DNA from: Ramazzottius varieornatus
Taxonomy: Eukaryota > Animalia > Tardigrada
Reading direction: 5' to 3'
Assembly (NCBI GenBank): GCA_001949185.1
Contig: BDGG01000010.1
Location: forward strand, 225,337-289,336
Length of the DNA stretch: 64,000 bases
The translations under genes and the position numbers were made by a program. Below are positions 54,612-64,000 of this stretch, piece after piece. Numbering within the stretch: position 1 is the stretch's first letter; each line of letters opens with the position of its first letter. The notes beneath the pieces are model-generated. The model was given only the letters and a program-made list of their open reading frames with translations. It had not been told where the DNA came from and searched no databases.

Positions 54612-54649
54612 GGTTCTGACCACTGGGAAGGCCGAGCTAGTTATCCAGC

Positions 54650-57480
54650 AAGCCGTTCTTTGTGGTCTGCATCACACAGTAACTACAGCGGCTGCTTACA
54701 CTCGTATCAAATCATCCACAATTTCCGGAAAATCATGGAGACCCTGCGTGTTCAAGTGGTAATAATTTCAAGCGCCTGTCAGCCAGCAGTCCTTCAGGAT
54801 AATGCGGCAAGCAGGGGGCAGCGGCTTCTCGGTAGGCCTGATCCTTGACGGGATGTGGAGATTCAGCAATTCTCACGCCGACAGCCGGATGTTGGACCAC
54901 AGTAAAAATCGCGGTGAACTCCCAGTTGCAGAGCTGTGTTCCTTGATGGCTTCCACCAGCATATCGCGTACGTCGCTTGGTCCGACGAACGTTTCACCAT
55001 TCCCTGCCAACAAACAAGTCTTTTTATCAGTGCACAAATGGGTATCTCCATATGAGAATGCGTCCGAATAGTTTCAGATCAAATTGTTCAGGAGATCGTG
55101 CCGAAGTTTCTGCACCCTCAGGCTAAACTCAAATGCGACTTTTACCTACACTAAACAAACTCTAGGGGACTCAAATCCGGAGTCAGATTCAACTTCCAAC
55201 CACAGGTCAGAGAGTTACAAAGGAAGAGATGAGAGCGCCGAAGCCCTATATATGCGCTCCACGGATCAGTACGCACAACGCTATGCGCTCTGATGTTTAA
55301 TCGGTCAATCAGATGCAGAAACTGATACGAGTATGTGTACCGGAAGTGATCGCTGGTGCACGTCTCCAGCTAAAGCATGTTGCAAGTTGGAAAGACTCGC
55401 CCTTAGAACCCTTGCATTTTTCCGAGTTGTAACTCTATATTTTTCGGCCAATCGTTCCGGTCTGATTACTGTACTGGATAGCATGACGATCATGATCAGC
55501 GAAATTTTTTCTGTACTCGTACCGAATATTAATACTCCCCGACGCCGTTGAGCGCTTGCTTGAGCGTTGAACCATCCTTTGATTGTTTCGGGGAAGTCAT
55601 CGTAGTAGCTGTAAAAAACATTGCTGGTGACCTTCAATCAGTGATTGCGCCGTTGGATTTTTGTCAAGCTGACGGCGAGATGGTTGGAATCAAACACTCT
55701 GCTCAACACGAGTTGCCAGTTTTGCGAGACTCTGTAACAACACAAATGCTACATAGCAATGGAAAACGGCGGACCATGCTGTTGTGCCATTATGTTAATA
55801 CACTGTATACATAACGTTATAGTTTGTCACATACCGTCGATAATGATAGCGTAGTACGCGCAGTACTCGTCAAGGTCCGCCATTCTTAGCCAGTTATAAT
55901 GTCTGCGGTCACTGTTTTATCGATACGGAACACTAAAAGCACAGTGGGTGCCACAGCTCGACCATCGTGGCGAGAGCAAGCAAAGCCACTCAAGCAGGGT
56001 GAGTGCCATCGGCCTTCGGAACAATGATGCGATACATCATTCCTCTGGCCGGGAGCTTTATTGCAAGACCGGCCAGGCAGACATGCATCACGGCACAGTC
56101 TCCTGCAAGGGAGACTGAACTGGGCCTGCATTCGATGTTGGTCGTGGCTGTCTTGCACGAGAGCATAGATTTATAACAGTGTGGTCCTGCTTCGTTCTGG
56201 CAACCTTTGGTGCTGACAAGACCAACTAGATAACTAGGCAATCTAGGCGGTCTTGATTCTGGCACGGTAATACATGTTAGCCACGACCCTCTAGTTAATA
56301 TATATATCGTGGTTTTCGTATGCGTTTGAACAAAGCCGCGGGACTTTGAAGATTTATCCCCAATCCACTCATTCGACTGTATGGTTTTACTGTACGTACA
56401 TCAGTCAGATCGGCGCGTAGAGCTGCCTGTTGGCAAATTCCCAATCGGTGTACGGTAGCGCACCATCCATCAAACATCATTTTTTGGTCAACACCGGACT
56501 ATGTGGGCAACGAGTTTACGGCCTGTGTTCCCTTGAAGATTTCTTCAAACGTACCTCCCGGAAAAATCACCGATGCGTCCCAGCCCGGTCCGTCTCTTGG
56601 TCGTTTGGGTCGCACGATCACCAGCTATGTATTCCAGCAATGATAGCTTCACATCGTTTTTCTTTGGAAGATAACTCTACGCCCTGTCTTTTAACGGGTC
56701 TTCATCACCCTACTTCAAGTGCAGCTCAATGTTTCCAAAACTGGCAGGTCTTCTAAATGGCGCATCGTTTAGAGGCTGCTCTGATTTGTCCGAGTCACCG
56801 TATATATGCAACCACGGTCAGTAAAGTCTCGTCCCTCGCCCGAAGTTCGCTACGATGCCAACTCTCCTCGGCACCGGCGCTCTCTTCGCGGGCTACCGTC
56901 AGCTTGCAAGACAGACGGTTGATGGGGTGGAAAAGGGGACTGCGCAGATCGAGCTCACCTTCGAGACCAAAGAAAATTACTTGTCCTGCTCCTGCAGTCG
57001 TACGAGAAAATATTCCTTCTAACACTAAACTGTATTCTCGTACAATGTCATGCTCTTCGTTTCTTTCCTTTTTCTCTTTAGTTTTACGTGTACCAATTCT
57101 TGCCCCTTCGAGCTTTGTCACCGCACTCGGGGTTGGTTGAACGACCTGTACCTTCCGCATTGGTCACGCCAACCGGTCCTGTCGACCTACATGTATGCCT
57201 TCGGAGTGCGAAGCAGTCATCCCAGATTTGAAATGTTACCTCGGGGAGTTCTTCAAACCACGACTGAGACCCGGAGTCCGTCCTACTGATTCAAACAGCG
57301 CACTCGTAAGGACGATATTAGCCCATCGTAAAGCCAGCTCATCGTTGACGTTTCTTGTTCGGTTCTTTGTAGGTTAGTCAGGCAGCTTGATGGAGTCGTT
57401 CTGCTCTTTGGTACGGTGTTTAGCTTAGCGGCGTACTTGGGGCGCAAAACCTGACTCGATTACAACGTGCATCATCATCG
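54650..57480 (-). pseudogene. Decayed paralog of the 13.6-15.7 kb F-box-like gene
   Basis: RVSQNWQLVLSRVFDSNHLAVSL...IKGWFNAQ...RGVLIFG and FLLWSNIRLSA*ELLNLHIPSR...IILKDCWLTG align with RVSQNWRLVLTKAFKTNHLSISL...IDEWFAAQ...RGILMIG and FYMWTNVQLSAWDVLYMHTPSR...LVLSNCWLTG; several stops; 5' limit uncertain. Confidence 0.65.
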
Positions 57481-57788
57481 CTTCCATTCACCCACGTATT
57501 GGAATATCCTCTTCCCAAAGAAAATTCCGGGATGAGTTCACAGTCCGCCGATAACTAGAAAGATAAGCGGAAAACTCAGGGACCAGCTTAACTGTATTTC
57601 TTTCGAACATAACAAACTACAACGTGTCTCCGCAGTCAACTGACAAATACTGAACCGAGCGGCAAATTTAACCATGCTTTGGCAACGCGACAGCTCCGCT
57701 TGGTACAAAAACAGTAAGGTTGTTGTAAAGCCAAAGAGAAGTCAAGACCATTCAGCATAAAAGAAATAAATCAATTCCAGAAACTTCT

Positions 57789-60700
57789 TCACCGGTTATT
57801 CGCATTCTTCTTCGAAGAGCTACTCAGTTTAGCTTGTGTCTCACTTCGGCTAGTGTCTAACAAGGCCAGCGATTCGTTGGTCAGCGTCAAGAGCTGCACT
57901 GCCGAATGCTTCCAGCTATCACAAATGTCCTTCTTGACATGCTTCAGAACTTCTTCCATCGGCTACAAAATAATACAAAAACGATCAAATTAATATCCGA
58001 ATATTTCGAATTAATTTCTGAAATTATTACCGTTGAGTATTCATCGTGGCAAAGAGGAAACTCTCCAGCATTCACTTCCACACCGGCCATGTCGAGGTAG
58101 TCTGTTGAAGAAAGCGGCGCGATGACTTCTTCCAGGTTGGCTGCGAGAGTCTTTAAAGGCTGCGAGACGTGTTCGACGAAGGTGCTAAAGTCTTCCAGCC
58201 ATTCTTCGAGAGACTTCCGAAACTCTGTCACTTCCGGTGGGATTTTGCCTTTCTTGTCTCTGCGTTCCTGGTTGTGAAGGTGGAGAGTAAAGAAGGAAGT
58301 CTTCAGCGTCTGTATTATCCACAGCGAACACCGCACAACCTGGGAAAGTAAACAAGAAACAAATGAACCGATCTTCTACATAGCAAGCCGGAAGTGAACG
58401 GTTCTTACTTGCAACAGTAACGAAACGCTAAGTAACAGATCCCGATAACGCCAGCAGACTGTCTTCTCATCATCGGTCTTGAACACCTCAAAGATGTCAT
58501 CCACCATTTCTGCAAAAAGAGGACGCACATGATCAAAATGAGCGCAGTACAGCACAAAGAATCACAAGCCTTTCTAATCTTCGTACAGCACTGTATGGTG
58601 TATCGGTTGTCTTTCTACGTTTCGTTCATAAGATAAGTCTCGGAGTTTCGCTTACGCTGTAACTTCATCGGGATTTCCACACTGTGAAAAGCGTTGGCCA
58701 GACTCCTACTCGAACTCGCTGGGCTTTCCCCGTTGTGAAGAGTACTCAGCACTTCCGGCGGAAGTTCACTGGATTCTTCAGCAGTCTTGGCCGAACGCTC
58801 GGGATTCTCCACCGGAAACGTCGCTATAAAAGAACAAAACACGTCCACAACGCTACCCACAGTACTCTCGGTAAGGTTGTGGGACCTCGGCAATCGCCAA
58901 ACTCAAAAAACTTACGCGTAGCGTGGGAAGCTTGGACGGCAGTCGATATCACACGATCCACAAGGCAAACCAACTGACCCATCCGAAAGCACAAGGCATG
59001 ACAGCCCAACTTGAGAAACACAGGCAAGGAATGAGGATGCGACTGACTAGTCAAATGAGCTAAGGCTTCCTGCAAAATGTACGGAACAAAATCAAAAAAA
59101 ACTCGGGAAAATCCTTTTCCAAGTGGCGCACCCTCTCAGCCAGTGACAGCCGCGACACTGAAAACGTGCGCCACTTGCGAAAAAGTTTGTTAAGTTGCCG
59201 AGCTTCCATACTACTTATTCTCAAAATTTCAGGCTGTAGATTCCAAGCAAAGATTCCAAAAATGCTAAATTCAACACCATGTTGACTGCTTTAGCTTACA
59301 GAAGAGAGAACATCAAAATTGGTTTTCAAAAGTTTTTGAAGAAGTGAAACTCACCGTTACTTCCGGTAGGGCCGTCTTGGCCGCTTTGCACACTTCAAAG
59401 AAGGCATCACTCGTTCTCATTACACTATTCGGTCCTTCCAGTGCGATCTCCAGCTGCGAGACTGGCACATGGTCCCTCAGCGCTTCCTTCAACGGTACAT
59501 GTTCTCGCGCAAAGGGGTTGTAGCGCGAATACATGGCGGCCATGGTCAGCGCATCACAGTACAGCGTCATCTGCCATCGACGGACATGCAGCCAGGTCGA
59601 CTCTTGTCTACCCGACCGCTTGTTCCGTTCTTCCTCCGTTCTTTCATAGGCCACGTCCCAAGAAGGTAGGACGTTATAGTCGGAAGGCTCTTTGCAGTCG
59701 GCAAAGTCGGTCTGGTCTATGGAAAGAGCGGCGGAACCGAAGTAGCGCTCCAGATCGAGCAACCACCACCGACATTCCACGTCACTGTAAAGCAAAAAAC
59801 ACCATGAATACCTACAGTTCCTCCGCCAAATCTCCTCAGTCATAAAAAAATCAGAGAAAATTCCTACACTAACACATACATAAAACTGATTAGAACCTTG
59901 GCAAACAAACTCGACAAGATCGCATTTCCTAGCAACGCAGGCTTCCAGCTACTGACACTACAGATGCGCCACTCGAGAAAACAGTCCTGTCGAGTTTGAT
60001 TGCCGAGCCGTCTAACCTCCCATTTCATTGCAAATTACTTCAAAAAATATTCCACGGAAATTTGAGACATTTGTTTGAAGGTGGTATCATGCTTACTTGA
60101 CAGGTCGCCGTAAGGGCAGGACCCACAGCCTCCCATACGCGGCCTTCATGTAGGACGACGAGTACTTGAGGTCTTTCTTCATGAGCTCCAGCTCGACGAC
60201 GTTGAAAAAGTCTTCGCGCGAGATGCTTTGTTGCTGGAACTCGAAGGTCTCGAAGATGCAGTTGGTGAAGAAGCGCACCATGTCGTCAGCTAAGTCCAAT
60301 GCGGCATCACCGGCGCCACATACCATCAACGGACCCAGTAGCAGGTACGACAGATGGTTGAGCTGTAGAGCCTTGATGTCCAGCTGCCTGAAATGCTCGT
60401 ACGCCACATTCACCGCGCCTAAAAAGTGCGAAAATAGACTGAAGGTGATCCTTCCTCCACCACACACCAAAAAGACTTGCTGTTTGTCTTCTCTAAGTTA
60501 TACGAACATTAAAAGATCTTTCTTACCGCTGCGGAGGTACAGGTGGATGAGGAGCAGGCGGAAAGTCGGATTGCACAAGTGTCTTGGCTTGGCCAGCAGA
60601 CATTCGCACAAGGAGATGGCTTGCAAAAGGTGCCTCCAATCTTCTACAAACAGGCTACCGCTCACATCACCGCCATGAAGTTTTCCTTCCTAATGTAAAA

Positions 60701-63155
60701 GACTCACTTACGGTCTTTTTTGAAGAGGTCAAACTGTTGGTAGACCGCCAGTGTGGCGTATGCGTCGCCCAAGCGAACCATGTCCCCCGCCTGGCCTCTA
60801 CTCAATTCATCAGCCTCGAAGCTATAAGCCCGAAGAGCGAGAAGGTCTTTGACGTCGGGGACCGGTATGAGGTTGCGATCGGATGGAGCGAGGTCGTGCC
60901 GAAGTGCCCAGGAGAGAATGAGGGCGCTTTGGTGCTTGATGACGGCCGAGACGGAAGTGAGGACTTGGGACTTGTCATCAAGGCTGATGGACGCCGTCGA
61001 ACTGGTTAGCGCCACTCTGTTGAGCAACTGAAAGAACGTTCGTTGGCAGCCTGGGATTCGTGAGCTCGGCAAACAAACTAAACCAGATCATTTTCCCAAC
61101 TGGCGCTCGCGTCAGCCATCATCACTGAAAAAGTGCGCCACTTGGGGAAGTGCCGTGGTCGAGTTTATTTGCCGAGCTCCCATTCTCCGACAAAGGAAAA
61201 AGTACGAAAACAGATGCTTGATTACCTTGATACTATAGCCGGGAGGGATTACTAAAAGAAAAGACTTGATATCCAAGTAGAAACTGGGTTTGTCACCAGC
61301 GTTCCCGAAGTACTCGAGCAATGCATCTGTCAGTCCATCCCGCGCACTTTCCGTCACTTTCGCTGTAAAAAAACAAACCTGTCTATATCACGTGTACCGT
61401 AAAAAACTCTGTTTCAAAAGAAGAAAAGTTCATGAACGTACCAGCAAAGTCCGCGGGGAACTTTGCGTCGAATGTATGCAGCATCAGCCTCTTGTAGAAA
61501 TGCAAAGAAGCGATGGTCCACATGCGCTGTGAGTACATCTTGGAAACGACACCTAAACTTTCCACAACTTTCGTCATGTGTTCTCTGATGTTCAGAGAGT
61601 CGCTAGAAGTGTGCGAAGAGATGCAGGTGAAGAAGTGCTGGACTTTGATGTCCACCAGCAGCTCCAGCATCTCACCAACCAAGCACCCATTCTCGGCCAT
61701 CATCAACAGAATCTTCTCTGCTTCATCTAAACGACTACCTTCAACAAGTTTTTTCACCACGAATCGCCTGAGAATCTCGACGTAGTGATCGTCCCAGAAG
61801 ACTGTGAATAAAAAGCAAAGCTCGAGAAATGTATTACAGGTATTAGGACATCGACGAACGACTGGCACATAATCATTTTATCAAGTGCCGCGCATTTCCA
61901 GCCAAAAGCACTGACAACGTGCGCCACCTCGGATAACGACCGTGCTCAATTCATCTGCCGACGTCTTAATTTACAAAAAGCTGGAACGAAACTAACCGCC
62001 TCCTCGTTCTTGACCGTTCATGGAATCCAGACTCTTGAGCAACGCCAAACATGTGTCCAGTTCTTGGTTAGTTTCAGTGAGCAGCCATATTTTCAGAGCA
62101 GCTTGGTTGGGGTGGTTCGTGACGTTCGGGAAACGTTTGTCCAAGGTTCGATAAGCTAAGCCTAACGTAACGTTCCTCTTGCTGGCTTCCATTCCGTCCA
62201 AGGCCTGTAAAAAGAAATCTTTCCGGAACAGCATATACCTACTTATAGTCCACGACCTTACTTGAAGGATAAGGCTCGTGATGGCCATTTGGTAGTGAAT
62301 ATTCGGATTATTCTGGTCTAGTCGAGCGAGGCTCATCGCGATCTTCTGCATTTCTTTGGGCTGGTGATGCCGGAAATAGCAAGTCAAAATCAGCTCCATG
62401 GCATCGCCGTTTCCTTTACAGGCGATCAGCGCCTTTTGCAGGAAATGATGTATCCGGAAAACTGCAAGAACAAATTTAATGTGAATTCTTTTGTAAGGAA
62501 TGGACTTTCACAGTGGAAATGATGTCCAGCCATGGCGTCTCTACGGTTCGGCTCAAGAAACTCAGTTGTCCAACTGATTTGGCACATCATATGGTAAAGA
62601 TAATTACGTGACGTACTAAAATTCAAACAACCAGTGGCGTGACCGAATGGGAAATCGCGGCACTGATTGGCCAACCAACTAAGGTAACATTCTTGCCAAG
62701 CATTTTCATTTGATTTCACTCACAGTCGGCTGTTTGATGTTGGTAGAGGTGGACAACCACAAGAATCGTTAGCTCGTCTATCTCCGCATTTTCAGGTATG
62801 CTATCGATGATGTTTTCGCAGGTACGGAGAGTTCGTGGATTGCCAGGATCATGTCGGACGAGCGCCAGCGCTTTGCAGGCCAGGAACGGTGGAGCAGCAC
62901 CAAACTTCTTGATCAGCTTATCCGTCTCCTGCATTGCTCGCTTCGGCTCAGGTTCCAGCAAATCTGCAAGGGAAAGCTATAATGCTAAAATTGAGAGGTC
63001 AGAGAATAAATTTGACGGAATTTACCCAGAACATTCTTTAGCCGGCGTCCACTGATACCCGCTTTTGGCCAAGCATCGCGAATGCTGTTCCATGACTGAT
63101 TCTCTCGTCTGGATCCCAATCCCGCCACCGGATACAGTTTCTTTTGATGGCTCAT
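57789..63155 (-). CDS. NAA25: NatB auxiliary subunit (MDM20), divergent
   Basis: GRRLKNVL|DLLE...KRAMQETDKLIKK...LACKALALVR; CYFR..QPKEMQKIAMSL...MAITSLILQ; LLEYFGNAGDKPSFYLDIKSFL; FRQLDIKALQLNHLSYLL. Confidence 0.78.
59085..59205. repeat. Intronic palindromic repeat
   Basis: NAA25 intron. Confidence 0.75.
59898..60010. repeat. Intronic palindromic repeat
   Basis: NAA25 intron; GGCAAACAAACTCGACAAGATC...CTGTCGAGTTTGATTGCC. Confidence 0.8.
61062..61179. repeat. Intronic palindromic repeat
   Basis: NAA25 intron; GAGCTCGGCAAA...TTTGCCGAGCTC. Confidence 0.85.
61850..61962. repeat. Intronic palindromic repeat
   Basis: NAA25 intron; degenerate. Confidence 0.7.
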
Positions 63156-64000
63156 CCTAGACGGTGAGCTATAGTTTCAGAGACAACAAGAACGAGATAT
63201 TTCAATGAGACATTCTGAAAGCAGAAAACACCAAACAGCAAATGAATTTTTCCGAACAGCTGTCCGATTGCATAACTGATAGCTGGCCGTACGGTACAGT
63301 TTTCACTCAATGAACTGCTGACTCACCACTCACAGCTGAACTGAAGGTCGTTCGTACAGCTTCGCGGTTAGATGAACGCGTGTTCAAGTCCCATAACAAC
63401 AATTATAGGGACTTGGACTTTGTTTTTGGGCAAACGACGAACCCTTGCTTGTCCACTCATCTTTTTGAAGTTTGGTTTTCTTTAGATCGTGTGGAACTTT
63501 GTTTCATGAGACTGGAGTTTATGGGAAGCCTCATTCGAACCATGCTCCTCCGAAATGACCCAGTACAGCGTGCGACTGAGAATCGAACCGGAATCGAACA
63601 GGAAGGAAATTCAGGCACTTCACTATTGCCACTCCCATTTGATAGGTGGTTACTATCGGTTCGAACTTCGAAGCCAGCAGCAGGGCAATCTTTCACTACG
63701 AGGTAAACGACATAACTCGGCCGTACCCGTTTTTGGGACATAATTCGGCCGGTGTTGCGGTATAAGGTGGCAGCACGTGGCACTTTACTGTATGCCGAAT
63801 ACCGCACCCATGACCGTACCACACTTCGGTTTCGCGGTAACGCTGTTTTGCGGTACCGCACTGGCTATCGAGCAAAGCTTCTTCCCCCACGACAACTACT
63901 TTTCCGGAAAGCGATCACAACATCAGAAAATACTCTTTTATAAAATTGGCAGTGCGGTATTGCATCAGACCACGGTCACCAAACGGAAATTCGTCAGAGA

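Noticed and set aside
63748-63965. GCGGTA/TACCGC-rich segment resembling another hAT MITE
   Set aside because: Ends and TSD cannot be defined and it lies at the window edge.

Overview
Compact, intron-rich animal genomic DNA with many ~50-100 bp GT-AG introns and one assembly gap at 10405-10585. The style is compatible with a small-genome ecdysozoan such as a tardigrade (inference only). Recognisable genes: two tandem Ly6/uPAR-like genes, TMEM184C, two KDM4-type JmjC demethylases (one canonical, one divergent), basigin, CCDC22, mitochondrial EF-Tu, an AKAP14/AKAP28-domain gene, MMAA, dynein light chain LC8, a secreted YGGWG-repeat peptide, COQ5 and a divergent NAA25. The most striking accessory feature is a 9.8-kb hAT transposon (42852-52642) with CAGGGGCGCGT TIRs and a perfect ATCTGGCT 8-bp TSD. 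Its decayed transposase appears to run into a circularly permuted Ulp1/C48-like cysteine protease and a transmembrane anchor. The element also carries a signal-peptide-like ORF, an orphan TM exon and a ~2-kb array of alternating inverted repeats. Other features: a modular palindromic repeat (CAAGTGGCGCAC...GTGCGCCACTTG) with ~20 copies found essentially only in introns; several MITE families; and two mosaic pseudogene tracts. One mosaic is stitched from COQ5, CCDC22 and NAA25 pieces whose donors all lie within this window; the other from OXCT1, MTPAP and F-box-like pieces. Exon boundaries were inferred by eye and homologies from remembered motifs; no searches were run.
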